From contig CAWDSK010000006.1 in the NCBI GenBank assembly GCA_963804995.1, positions 224,001 through 288,000 of the forward strand: a stretch of DNA of 64,000 nt. Direction: 5' to 3'. The position numbers were made by a program, and so were the translations under genes. This document shows, piece after piece, positions 10,831 to 20,702 of this stretch. Every line of letters begins with the position of its first letter. Position 1 is the stretch's first letter. This DNA comes from an uncultured Acidobacteriota bacterium. Its GTDB lineage: Bacteria > Acidobacteriota > Terriglobia > UBA7540. The notes beneath the pieces were generated by a model that worked only from the letters and a program-made list of their open reading frames with translations, searched no databases and had not been told where the DNA came from.

Positions 10831-11334
10831 GTGAAATCAGGGGCAACAAATCGGCGGCGAGCGAGTCAGGCCGAAGGGACGCTGACCCGTTCGAGGATCA
10901 GGGCCTGGGTTCTCGCGATAGCGCTCACTTCCCTGCTCGCTCCGGCCGTGCGTGCAGAGCAAACGAAGCCTCTCCCCGCGCTGGAAGGGACTTTGCTGGC
11001 GACGGCCGGCAAGTGTCCCCTGTTGAAGATGCAGGACCGGCAGGTGCCGCTCGCCGCCACAACTCCCTACCTGCTTCAGACCCTTCAGGATAAGCGCCTC
11101 GACGGTTTCCAGATACGCGTGGAAGGAACCCCGCAGCCCGACGGCTCGTTCGAGGTTGCGTGGCTTTTTACCGTCCACAAAGGCAAGCTTTTTCGCGTGC
11201 GCTACTTCTGCGCGGTCTGCAATCTCGTCGGGCTCGGGCCGGGACTCTGCGTCTGTTGCCAGCAACCCACGGAGCTTCAAGAAATCCCTGTGGACAATAC
11301 GGACAAGTACATGCGCCCGGCTTCCCAGCCTTAG
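10831..11334 (+). CDS. Exported hypothetical protein with a C-terminal CxxC...CxCC metal-binding motif
   Basis: YFCAVCNL..GLCVCCQQ; hydrophobic signal-like segment. Confidence 0.7.
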   Translation: MKSGATNRRRASQAEGTLTRSRIRAWVLAIALTSLLAPAVRAEQTKPLPALEGTLLATAGKCPLLKMQDRQVPLAATTPYLLQTLQDKRLDGFQIRVEGTPQPDGSFEVAWLFTVHKGKLFRVRYFCAVCNLVGLGPGLCVCCQQPTELQEIPVDNTDKYMRPASQP

Positions 11335-11401
11335 TTGACACCAATCACCACCCAGTGTTACAAAAGAAAGACCGCTGATTCTCAGCGCCACGCGCCAATA
11401 T

Positions 11402-11478
11402 GGTGGGTGTAGCTCAGCTGGTAGAGCGCCAGACTGTGGCTCTGGACGTTGCGGGTTCGAATCCCGTCACCCACCCCA
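11402..11478 (+). tRNA. tRNA-His (GTG)
   Basis: Cloverleaf GTGGGTG/CACCCAC, anticodon GTG, GGTTCGAATCC, G-1, encoded CCA; TTGACA at 11335. Confidence 0.95.
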
Positions 11479-11929
11479 TCTAACTCGAGCAGATAACGCA
11501 GCGCGGCCGAGCCGCAACCCAAACGAAATCCTCTGCGTCCTCCGTGCCTCTCAAGCTTTAACACAGAGTACGCCCTCCGCTGGCGCATCTCTGAAACCGC
11601 GATGCCGTGTCAAGCCGATTTTTTGAATTTCTTAATCGCCTTTGACAAACTTCCCCCTTCGACTTCAGAATGGCCTGCAGCCGGTGAAGCGGAGGCGGGC
11701 TCTGCTGGCGAGCAACCCGCTGAGGAATAGCCGGTCGGAGGCTGATGGAAACGACGCCGGGGCGGCCTGCGGTCGCCCCCCTCCCAAGCTCTGGGCACAG
11801 CTTCCCCATGCCTGAAAAACGCGCCGGACCCCATCGGCAAAGTGGCGGGTTGCCGACTTCGCCGTCGGCTGCCATTCTGTACGTATTATCTTATAGAATT
11901 ATTCCAAGTTATAGTCGTTCCTCCTTTAT

Positions 11930-12165
11930 GTAGAGCCCGGGGGGCGGGGAGGGTTGGCTCCCCGCCGCCTGCCGGGGATGAAGCACGGCCCCGTGGGCGT
12001 TGGGTTCTTGCTCTTGCCATGCGAGTTTGCTGAGTCGGTTCGGTCCCTTTCATCTCTACGGGCTAGCCAGGTTGTCCTGGTCCCCATGAGGTTGTTCGGG
12101 AGCAGGTCCCTATCAGAGCGCGGTCTTGGTGTACCTAGCGCCAGCACGGGCTTCCTGCTCCAGTA
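11930..12165 (-). ncRNA. Putative seekRNA/bridge RNA of the IS1111 element (ends approximate)
   Basis: Stem-loop at 12099-12161 with 8-nt and 10-nt matches to the two flanks of the insertion site. Confidence 0.7.
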
Positions 12166-13213
12166 CGCCGACTTGGCGGCCCCAACGGTCTTCCCGATAA
12201 GGGCAGCCGTGCTTCAAAACTCCATACGCACAACGCGCCAAGGAGTGCGCGATGGCGGCCTTGGCCACGTTGGGTTTCTTGCTGCGGCGCAGGCGGTGGT
12301 AGCGCCGCGCGAAAGGATGGGGGTATGGAATCGCGACATGGGCGGCGGTGACGAAGGCCCAGCGCAGCCAGCGCGATCCCTGGCGGGTGATGGGACCCGA
12401 CACCTTCACTTCCCCGCTGTCGTAAAAGCTGGAGACGAGCCCCGTAGCGTTGGCCAAGGCCTTGGCGGAACGAAACCGCTCGATCGTGCCGATCTCACTC
12501 CAAATCACCGGGGACAGGATGGGGCCGATGCTGGGGATTGTGCGCAGCAGCGCCAACTCGGGGAATTGTCCGTCCACCGCCTGCAAGTACTTCTCACTGA
12601 TTCCGATCTCCTCCTCCAGGAACTGCAGCAGGCGTTGGATTTGAGGGATGCTTTCGCCCAAGGGCATCGGCAAGGTCTGTTCCGCCAGCCACTTCTCCCC
12701 GGCCGCTCCGAACGGGTCGGTCCCCGGCGCCTGCAAGCCATGCATCCCCAGCAAGCTTTGCAGGTGATTCTTGGCTTTGGTGCGCAGCAGGGCCAACCAG
12801 CAGCGCTGGCGTGCGCGCAGACGCAGGGCGCGAATCTCCGGCGGCGGAAACCACGCCTCCGGCAGTGGATCCAGATGGTGCGCGGCGAGCTTGCGCGCCA
12901 GCCGCTCGGCATCTAAACGATCATTCTTCTGCCGGCGGTTGCTGTCGATCCCCGCCGTGTGCACCCAGTGCGCGCGCCCTCGCCACCCCGCCTCTTCCAG
13001 CACGCTCATGGCAAAGTAGCCTGCCGTGCTCACCTCCAGGCCGATCTCGGCGTCGGGAGGAAGTTCCGTCAACATCTCCAGCCACTCCTCCCGCGTGTTG
13101 GCGATCGACTTCCGTGCCTTAATCTCTCCGTGATCAAGCTCCACCACCTGGCAACGACGCTTGTGAACATCCACTCCCACCGGCGTTCCAATGGGCGTTA
13201 TACTCTTCTTCAT
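12113..13213 (-). CDS. IS110-family transposase (DEDD RuvC + Tnp domain)
   Basis: GVDVHK, GLE, KNDRLDA, IPSIGP, YDSG; GAGGAG RBS before ATG 13213. Confidence 0.93.
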   Translation of the reverse strand: MKKSITPIGTPVGVDVHKRRCQVVELDHGEIKARKSIANTREEWLEMLTELPPDAEIGLEVSTAGYFAMSVLEEAGWRGRAHWVHTAGIDSNRRQKNDRLDAERLARKLAAHHLDPLPEAWFPPPEIRALRLRARQRCWLALLRTKAKNHLQSLLGMHGLQAPGTDPFGAAGEKWLAEQTLPMPLGESIPQIQRLLQFLEEEIGISEKYLQAVDGQFPELALLRTIPSIGPILSPVIWSEIGTIERFRSAKALANATGLVSSFYDSGEVKVSGPITRQGSRWLRWAFVTAAHVAIPYPHPFARRYHRLRRSKKPNVAKAAIAHSLARCAYGVLKHGCPYREDRWGRQVGVLEQEARAGARYTKTAL

Positions 13214-13464
13214 CGCTTTGTCTCCTCGATGCAAAACTCTCGGTCTGAACCCGAGGGCCCGCTAAACTGGACCACCTCCAGTTTAGCGGCACCCGAGGAG
13301 GCATCGCCGCTTTCATAACATCAGAGCGCAGCTCTGCGATTCACGTGTCTGACCATGCCCGACGGTTTGAGTCAGGAATTCCAACCCGCAAGAAAACGAG
13401 GGCGCACGTCCCAAGATTCGCAAATTGGGAGCCTGAGCCAAAAACATTCACCCAGAATCGGTGC

Positions 13465-14607
13465 TCAATACCCGCGGCGCTTATCCACCACGTTGAGCAT
13501 GGGCAGACCGTTCACATACCGGCGCACGTTTTCAGCGAAGAGCTCCGTGGTTCGACCTTCCACCTTCGGAGACCAACCGGAAGTGTGACACGTGATGATG
13601 ATGTTCGGAGCCGTCCACAACTCATCGTCCGGCGGCAAGGGTTCCTTATAGGCCACGTCCAGTCCAGCCCCCGCGATCCAACCCTCTTTGAGCGCGCGCA
13701 CCAGCGCCGGCGTGTGCACAACCTGGCCCCGCGACATGTTGATGAAGTACGCCGACTTCTTCATGGCCCGGAAGACGGATTCATTCAGCATGCCTTCGGA
13801 AAGCGACGTGTGGGGGGCGGCGCACATCAGGATGTCCACGCGCGAAGCCATCTCCTTAAGCCCGTCGAGCGAGTGCAGCTCCGCCACAAAATGCGGCTTG
13901 GGAATCGGTTTGGGATCCACGGCCAAGATCTTCATATCGAAGCCATAGTGGGCGCGGTAAGCCGTCATCGCGCCGATCCCGCCCAAACCCACCATGCCCA
14001 ACGTCATGCCGCTGATCTCCGTCAGGTCCTGGAGCTGGTTCCACTCGTGGTGCTGTGTCTGGATGGCGTAGCGCGGAATGCCGTGCGCCAGTGACAGCAT
14101 CAAGGCGATGGCGGTTTCGGATATCACGGGCGCAAAGATGCGCTGCATATTGGTCAGCACGACGGGGCTATCTATGAGCTCCGGCCACATGATCTCTTCG
14201 ACGCCCGCCGCTCCCCATTGAATCCAGCGCAGGTGCTTGGCAGCGGCAAAATCTTCGCGGGTGAAATCGCCGAACAAGGCGTGCGCGTCAGCAAGTTCGC
14301 TCCGAAAAGCCTCCTTCGAAAGGGCTTCCTTCAACTCAATTCCTGAGGATAGTGCCCGGATACGCTGGGAATAAGGGTCGGGAAGCTTGTCCATGGTCAC
14401 GATCTTCAACCGCTCCACAGCGGCTCCCTTGCCGGGCTCGACAAGGGGATAAGACTCCATCGTGAGCGGAAACGGCGGATCGAGTGCAGCAGCGGGATTC
14501 GCGGCAGCGAGGGGAACTCCAGCCAGAGTGGTGCCTAGCGCGGCGCCAGTTGATCCGGCGGCGATGTTATGCAAAAACTCTCTGCGGGAAACGGGGTCGA
14601 GTGGCAT
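13465..14607 (-). CDS. D-2-hydroxyacid dehydrogenase with Tat-like signal
   Basis: SRREFL, GMVGLGGIG, INMSRG, AGLDV, TCHTS. Confidence 0.9.
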   Translation of the reverse strand: MPLDPVSRREFLHNIAAGSTGAALGTTLAGVPLAAANPAAALDPPFPLTMESYPLVEPGKGAAVERLKIVTMDKLPDPYSQRIRALSSGIELKEALSKEAFRSELADAHALFGDFTREDFAAAKHLRWIQWGAAGVEEIMWPELIDSPVVLTNMQRIFAPVISETAIALMLSLAHGIPRYAIQTQHHEWNQLQDLTEISGMTLGMVGLGGIGAMTAYRAHYGFDMKILAVDPKPIPKPHFVAELHSLDGLKEMASRVDILMCAAPHTSLSEGMLNESVFRAMKKSAYFINMSRGQVVHTPALVRALKEGWIAGAGLDVAYKEPLPPDDELWTAPNIIITCHTSGWSPKVEGRTTELFAENVRRYVNGLPMLNVVDKRRGY

Positions 14608-14769
14608 ATCGGTCCTCCTGATTGGGATGGCGGTAAGTGTAACATAATGTCGCCCCCAAAAGGGCAATCGCTACCCGCCCATCGAGGCTACCTCAATGCT
14701 GTCTTTCGGTTCTTTTGTGTGGCCCCACTGCGTTAAGTGCTGCTACCAGCTCTGGAAAAGCCGCGGCAC

Positions 14770-15306
14770 CTATCGGGGGGATTTGTTGCTCGCGAGGCTC
14801 CTGGATGGAGCCGACGTTCTAAGGGGCAGTCGCCACTTTGACTCGCCGAGCATGAAGCGGCGGACCACATAAACTCCCTTGCCGATCCGCACCACGTTCG
14901 GGTCACGTTTGACGGGCAGCCAAGTCTGGCCGTCAAAAGTCCGCGGCGCCGGTGAAACCAATACTTGGCCAACTTCCGGCTCGGAGTGCGGTCGCCGCGG
15001 CCAGCGAAGGTAAACGACCTCTTCCGGATCGAAATGCTGTTCCTGCGACTTATCCAGTAACTCCAATTGGATGGCAGCAGTGTGATTGGGTAGCCATCCG
15101 GTGAGCGAGCCAGTGGCGGGATCCCACTCCCGCACCAGCATGAGGGTGCCTTCGCCGCTGGGCGCCGACTTGTTGACCTGACCAGCCTGAGCCTGCGTCC
15201 CGATAGCGATCAGGGCGATCACCGCCCAAGCCCGGAGAAGAAACACGAAGACCTTCACGTCCGTGGTGGATTCATTTCTCTCAACGTCAATATCCCCGAG
15301 AATCAT
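14770..15306 (-). CDS. Hypothetical exported protein
   Basis: AGGAGG RBS before ATG 15306; hydrophobic segment ending in AQA. Confidence 0.55.
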   Translation of the reverse strand: MILGDIDVERNESTTDVKVFVFLLRAWAVIALIAIGTQAQAGQVNKSAPSGEGTLMLVREWDPATGSLTGWLPNHTAAIQLELLDKSQEQHFDPEEVVYLRWPRRPHSEPEVGQVLVSPAPRTFDGQTWLPVKRDPNVVRIGKGVYVVRRFMLGESKWRLPLRTSAPSRSLASNKSPR

Positions 15307-15875
15307 ACGCCCCTCCTGACAACAGGTAATGCTCCTCGCACGCATCGATGCCGGTGCCCCGACCCCGCACCCCAAGGTTCCTCCCACAGGGTTCTTCGCC
15401 TTGCTAGGGGAGGATGATTTCCCCCGTGAAACCTCGCTGGAAGGTTGGGCTTGATTTCCTCGAGTGCGGCATGCCCAAGCTGATGTATCCATATCCATTC
15501 CTGGTGGCGGGTTCGCGATGGCTATCAGCCCACCTCTGAACAGGTGGAAAATGTTTTCCTGTGCAACCACTTCCATCGGCGGATCGCCGCGCCGCGTGAA
15601 CGTTTTTTTATGGTGAGTTTTGCAAACAAATGCTCAGTGGAAACACATGGGTTACGAGGCTGCCCTCACCCTGTCAGGAAAGATTGTGGATGCTTCCTGA
15701 GTGACTCGGGAACAGGCAGGAAAGCTGGCCGCGACCACCCACCGTTGCCGCTGTCTTAGATGAGGGCCGCCAAAATGGGCCTTGAGTTTCCTTCCGCTTC
15801 TGGTATAAACCCTACGACAAACGCGAAGCCGCGTCTTCGCGAATTCTGTAAAGTGTGAAGGGAAAGGAAGACATT

Positions 15876-17243
15876 ATGACGGATGACCTCAATCGGCGAG
15901 ATTTTATGAAACGCGCCGCCCTGACCTCGGCGGGTCTGAGCCTCTCGATGTACGGGCTCAGCACGAGGAATGTCCTGGGCGCCAACGACCGCATTCGCCT
16001 GGGCGTGATCGGCACCGGCCGCCAAGGCACGGATGACATGCAAAACTTCATGAAGCACGGCGTGGAAGTTGGCGCCGTCTGCGATGTGTACCAACCCAAT
16101 CTCGACAAGGGGCTGGCCGCGGCGGGGGGCAATGCCAAAGCCTTCAAGGATTTTCGCCAGGTGCTCGACGACAAGGACATTGACGTGGTGATTGTCGGAA
16201 CACCCGACCACTGGCACCCGCTCTGCATGGTGGAAGCCTGCAAGGCCGGCAAGGACGTTTACGTGGAGAAGCCGATCTGCGTGGCGGTGGAAGAAGGCAA
16301 GAAGATGGTAGAGGCCGCGCGCAAATACAAACGCGTGGTGCAAGTGGGCCTCTGGCAGCGCTCCAATCAACACTTTCAAAAGGCCGTGGAGTTGGTCCAA
16401 GGCGGCCTGCTGGGCAAGGTCAGCTTTGTGCGCACTTGGAATTATTCCAACACCTTTCCAAAGGGATACGGCACTTATCCTGACTCCGACCCGCCGGCGG
16501 GGCTGGATTGGGACATGTGGCTCGGTCCCGCGCCCAAGGTGCCATACAATTTCAACCGCTTTGGCGTGGCAGAACATCGCTGGTCCACCTTCCGCTACTT
16601 CTACGATTACGCCAACGGCTGGCCGGGTGATTGGGCCGTTCACCTGATGGACATCGTGCAGTGGGCAATGCAGGTCGAAGGGCCCACCACCATCACCGCC
16701 TTGGGCTCCAAATTCTTCATCCAGGACAACACTGATATTCCCGATACGTTACAGATCACCTGGCAGTATCCCAACTTCGTCGCCACCTATGAGAGCCGCG
16801 AGTGCAATTCCAATTCCATGTACAAACACGAATACGGAATCGAGTTCCATGGAACGGACGGCACGATGTTCCTCGACCGCAGCGGCTTTGAGGTCTTCCC
16901 GGAGCCGACGGCGGAACGGGACTACCGCGAGTTGCACGCGACCGAGGGGAAGCATGTCCGCGACCTGGGTAAGACCGCGGATATGAAGATGGAACAGATC
17001 GACGACGGGCTGCTGGAGCATGTCGCCAACATGCTGGATTGCATGCGCACGCGCAAACTTCCGCAGACCGATATCGAACAGGGACATCGCAGCAGCAGCG
17101 CCTGTTTGCTCGGCAACGTCGCCCTGCGCTCGCAGGAACGACTGGAATGGGACGTCGCGAACCAGAAGCTCCTCAAGGGCGGCCCCGCGGCGCAGAAACT
17201 CATTGGCCGCGACTACCGCGCGCCGTGGAAGCTGGTGGTGTAA
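15876..17243 (+). CDS. Gfo/Idh/MocA oxidoreductase, Tat signal
   Basis: NRRDFMK, GVIGTG, TPDHWH, DVYVEKP. Confidence 0.92.
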   Translation: MTDDLNRRDFMKRAALTSAGLSLSMYGLSTRNVLGANDRIRLGVIGTGRQGTDDMQNFMKHGVEVGAVCDVYQPNLDKGLAAAGGNAKAFKDFRQVLDDKDIDVVIVGTPDHWHPLCMVEACKAGKDVYVEKPICVAVEEGKKMVEAARKYKRVVQVGLWQRSNQHFQKAVELVQGGLLGKVSFVRTWNYSNTFPKGYGTYPDSDPPAGLDWDMWLGPAPKVPYNFNRFGVAEHRWSTFRYFYDYANGWPGDWAVHLMDIVQWAMQVEGPTTITALGSKFFIQDNTDIPDTLQITWQYPNFVATYESRECNSNSMYKHEYGIEFHGTDGTMFLDRSGFEVFPEPTAERDYRELHATEGKHVRDLGKTADMKMEQIDDGLLEHVANMLDCMRTRKLPQTDIEQGHRSSSACLLGNVALRSQERLEWDVANQKLLKGGPAAQKLIGRDYRAPWKLVV

Positions 17244-17460
17244 GGGAAGAGTTAATAGTTAATAGTCGATAGTTAAGAGTTGAAAGTTACAAGTGCGTGA
17301 CTTGACGTGTGGGGAGCCTGACACGAGGTCACCAGGCTCCCCCCTTCAGAAAAAGGGGCGCCGCTGAGCCGTCCCCACCCTTCCACCTCGCTACTCGTGG
17401 GAGGCTCGCAGACTGGAGCCGCCCGCGGAACCACCGCCAGGAGCACTCCAGGGGGACAGA

Positions 17461-19614
17461 ATGCCAAGGCATCTTATTTACAGAAATATCTTTGCCATTT
17501 CCCTCCTCATGATTTCTTTGGCCGGTACGATGCTCGCCGGCCAGACCACCGGGAAGGCCCTTGATCCTTCCTATCAAATTGTCGTCGACCTAGGCCCTTT
17601 TGCCACGGCGGCTGATGCCGCGAAGGGCGCGGACACGCTCAATTGGGACGGGAGCGAACCCGCGGGGATGAACGCTTCGACAGAGGCTTTCGCCGCGCTG
17701 GAGTTGCGCCATTATCTTACGAAGCTCGGCAAAGCAAACGAAGCAGCCCCGCAGGTGTTCCCCGTCGTAGGCCTGGACCGGCTGCGGAATCATAAGGAAA
17801 TTATTCTCGCGGACCTTTCTGGAAAGTCATACCCACCGGCGGTGTCGAAGGCAGCCAAGCGCGAATTATTGGCACAGCGCCTGAGCGCGCGAGAGAGCTT
17901 TGCCCTCGTACCCGACGAGGACAACCTGCTCATCATCGGTTCCGATCGTGTCGGCGTGCTCTACGGAGTCTATTCTCTCCTCGAAATGTGGGGCATGCGG
18001 TGGTACGCCCCGGGGGACTTGGGTGAGGTGGTTCATGGCTCCGCCAACTTGCAGTTCCCGGAGCAGACCATCGTCGAGGAACCCAAGTTCCTTACCCGAG
18101 GCTTCCTGGCTTGGGAAAACCGGGGCAACCGTGAATTCTATCTCTGGATGGCGCGCAATCGCATGAACATGTGGACCATTGCCGACACCGACCGGGCCAC
18201 CGAGAAGCAATTGGGATTGCGCTTGGATGCGGGCCTGCATTGGGTTTTTGAACGCTACCTCAACCCCGATACCTACATGCAGGCGCACCCGGAATGGTAC
18301 GGGCTGGTCGATGGCAAGCGTCAGGGGTTCAAACACGAATTTGGCGTCAACTTCTGCACGTCCAATGCTGAGGCCGTGGCAGAGTTCACCCGCAATGTGG
18401 TGAAGGACCTCTCAACCGGCGACTGGCGTGACACGGACCTGCTGGAACTGTGGGCGTTGGATGTCGGCAAGTGGTGCGAGTGCGACAACTGCAAGCGCCT
18501 GGGAACTCCCACGGACCGCCTGCTGATGCTGGTGATGCACGTCCGCGATGCGCTGGAAGTTGCGCGGCGCCAGGGGCTGATCCACCATCCGATCGAACTG
18601 GTCTTTCCCATTTATCACGAGACTCTGGCACTGCCTGCGAATCCCCAGTGGACTCCCGCCGACTTCCGGGACCTTATCGGCACCTTCTTTCCTATCGGCC
18701 GATGTTACGTCCACTACCTGGACGATCCGAAGTGCAGCGAATACAACACCCCTTATTGGGAGACCTTCGAGACGTGGAAGCAGCACGACAAGTATCCCGG
18801 CCAGTTGGAGGTCGGCGAGTACTACAACGTCTCGACCACGAAAAGTCTGCCGGTTCTTTACAAGCGCATCATGGCGCACGATCTGCCGTTGTTTTATAGC
18901 AACGGGGTCCGTCACTTCCACTACATGCATGTGTATACCCGGCTGCAGGGGCCCAAACGCCTCAACAATTACCTCCTGGCGCAGTTACTGTGGAATCCGG
19001 AGGCCGACACCGAGCAACTGTTCAGCGATTACCTGACCGATTTCTATGGCCCCGTCGCCAAGCCCGCCCGGCGCTTTTACAACCTTCTTGAATACGCCAT
19101 GTTGAGTGTCCAACAGTGGAAGCACTACGGCGGGGAGCATGAAGGACAGTGCCTGGTAAAGCAGATTGATAGCAATGCCGATAACCTATTTGGGACCGAA
19201 CACCTGAAGCTGGAGGCGTACCATCCCCTCAAGAACGCCGGTGTCAGTCTGGGAGAGAGCGTGCGGGCCTTGCAAGAGTGCCGGACCATCATGGACCGCT
19301 TGCGCGCTCAAAATCTACCCAGCGAAGTGAAGCTGCGCCTCGCCGAAGACGACCGGAACCTGCGCTATGCGGAGAATACAGTCAACCTTTATTACTACCT
19401 GGCGCAGGCGTTGATGGCCAGGAAACAGCAGAACCTCGAGCAGGCCAAGGAATTTTACCGTCGCACGGTGCCTTTGGCCCAAGGGTTGCGGGAGGAAACG
19501 GAGATTCTCCAGACCGCGTCCTCGCACGCCAATGCCAAAAACGGTCTGGATGCCTCGCTGGTCGAAAAAGCTTATGAGGAGTTGGGCAAGCAGCTTGGTA
19601 TAGATTCAAGGTAG
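17461..19614 (+). CDS. DUF4838-type putative glycoside hydrolase
   Basis: Signal peptide, GSDRVGVLYGVY..GMRWYAPG, HPEWY, NFCTSN, WCECDNC. Confidence 0.8.
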   Translation: MPRHLIYRNIFAISLLMISLAGTMLAGQTTGKALDPSYQIVVDLGPFATAADAAKGADTLNWDGSEPAGMNASTEAFAALELRHYLTKLGKANEAAPQVFPVVGLDRLRNHKEIILADLSGKSYPPAVSKAAKRELLAQRLSARESFALVPDEDNLLIIGSDRVGVLYGVYSLLEMWGMRWYAPGDLGEVVHGSANLQFPEQTIVEEPKFLTRGFLAWENRGNREFYLWMARNRMNMWTIADTDRATEKQLGLRLDAGLHWVFERYLNPDTYMQAHPEWYGLVDGKRQGFKHEFGVNFCTSNAEAVAEFTRNVVKDLSTGDWRDTDLLELWALDVGKWCECDNCKRLGTPTDRLLMLVMHVRDALEVARRQGLIHHPIELVFPIYHETLALPANPQWTPADFRDLIGTFFPIGRCYVHYLDDPKCSEYNTPYWETFETWKQHDKYPGQLEVGEYYNVSTTKSLPVLYKRIMAHDLPLFYSNGVRHFHYMHVYTRLQGPKRLNNYLLAQLLWNPEADTEQLFSDYLTDFYGPVAKPARRFYNLLEYAMLSVQQWKHYGGEHEGQCLVKQIDSNADNLFGTEHLKLEAYHPLKNAGVSLGESVRALQECRTIMDRLRAQNLPSEVKLRLAEDDRNLRYAENTVNLYYYLAQALMARKQQNLEQAKEFYRRTVPLAQGLREETEILQTASSHANAKNGLDASLVEKAYEELGKQLGIDSR

Positions 19615-19623
19615 GAGACATCC

Positions 19624-20373
19624 ATGCTCATCGTCATCCCGATCACATCCCACCAGACGCCCAGGTTATCGAGGAGCCTTCTGCGATTCGCGCTGGCTCT
19701 ATTCCTGATGGCGTCTCCGTTATTCGGCCAACAGAGTTATGTTTCGCGCTATAACGTCTATGCAGGCTACACCTTCCTCAACAGCCCTCGCGTGGGCCTC
19801 TTTGAAAACGGTTTTCATACTCAAATCGGCGTCAATCCGAAGACCTGGTACGCGCTGGGTTTCGATTACAGCGTGTCGGAAGGTAATTTAACGCTTACGC
19901 CGGACCAGCTTACCACCGCCTTGCAGCAGCAACTGGGCGCGGAGCTCATGCAACTGGCCCAGGCCGGACTACTTCCCGCGGGCTACAACCTGGCCATAGC
20001 CACGCATTCCGTTACTCAAACTGTCGCCGGTGGGCCGCAGTTGTCCTATCGGCACTTCGCCAAACTAACGCTCTTTGTGCGGCCTTCCATCGGAGGGATT
20101 CATGAGGTTGCCACCCCGAATCCCCCGGCCACAGATCCCATCGCCAAAGCCATCGTCGCGCAATTAGCCCCCACCGGTAAGAAGACAGACTGGACGCCCT
20201 TCTATGGATTCGGCGGCGGCGGCGACATTATTATTTCCAAGCATTTCGCCCTTCGCGTGCAGGCCGATCTCGTCTACAACCATCTCTTCAACGATCTGCT
20301 GAAGGACGGCCGGCTTACCACCCGGTTCTCCGTGGGCCCCTGCTTCAGCTTTGGCAAGAACATTAAGAAGTGA
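19624..20373 (+). CDS. Outer-membrane beta-barrel protein
   Basis: Signal peptide, alternating beta strands, FYGFGGGGD, C-terminal FSF. Confidence 0.75.
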   Translation: MLIVIPITSHQTPRLSRSLLRFALALFLMASPLFGQQSYVSRYNVYAGYTFLNSPRVGLFENGFHTQIGVNPKTWYALGFDYSVSEGNLTLTPDQLTTALQQQLGAELMQLAQAGLLPAGYNLAIATHSVTQTVAGGPQLSYRHFAKLTLFVRPSIGGIHEVATPNPPATDPIAKAIVAQLAPTGKKTDWTPFYGFGGGGDIIISKHFALRVQADLVYNHLFNDLLKDGRLTTRFSVGPCFSFGKNIKK

Positions 20374-20424
20374 AAAAGGCGCACCCGTCGGGACAAGCGA
20401 GCGTAACGCCCCGATGCATCGGGG

Positions 20425-20625
20425 CGGTTCTTCGTGCGCCATCTGGGCGAATGGGGCCACCCGCATGTTGGGGGTTTGCGGATTTTTCAAACCAAGAACC
20501 GCGGACCCCAAAAGCGGGGGACCGCGCTACACTTGATGCTAACCATGCCGAGGGAGCAAAAGTCGTAGCGCAGACCTCCGCCCTTGAGGTCTGCCGTTCT
20601 TCGTGCGCCATCTGAGCGAATATAG
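20425..20625. repeat. GTAG-type REP hairpins with flanking direct repeats
   Basis: AAGAACCGCGG..CCGCGCTAC ending at 20530; GTAGCGCAGACCTC..GAGGTCTGC at 20565; TTCTTCGTGCGCCATCTG occurs twice. Confidence 0.7.
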
Positions 20626-20702
20626 CGGGGCGAAGAACCAAGCGTAACTTTGAACCCTTCGACCCATTCCCGCAAACGCGGGGAATTAAAAGGACAGCTC
20701 TC

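Larger units (their letters stand above)
11586..13322 (-). mobile_element. IS110-family element, IS1111 type
   Basis: Sub-terminal imperfect IRs TGAAACCGCGATGCC / TGAAAGCGGCGATGCC; CATC core at 11586-11589 and 13319-13322; long 3' non-coding region; TTGACA near the right end. Confidence 0.85.

Noticed and set aside
11478..11586. tRNA-His as an integration site with att duplication
   Set aside because: No tRNA 3' duplicate seen; the IS sits about 108 bp downstream at its own target
11699..11710. GCTCTGCTGGCG as a second target guide
   Set aside because: Matches are only 6-7 nt, overlap each other and sit largely in a paired hairpin, so they are likely chance
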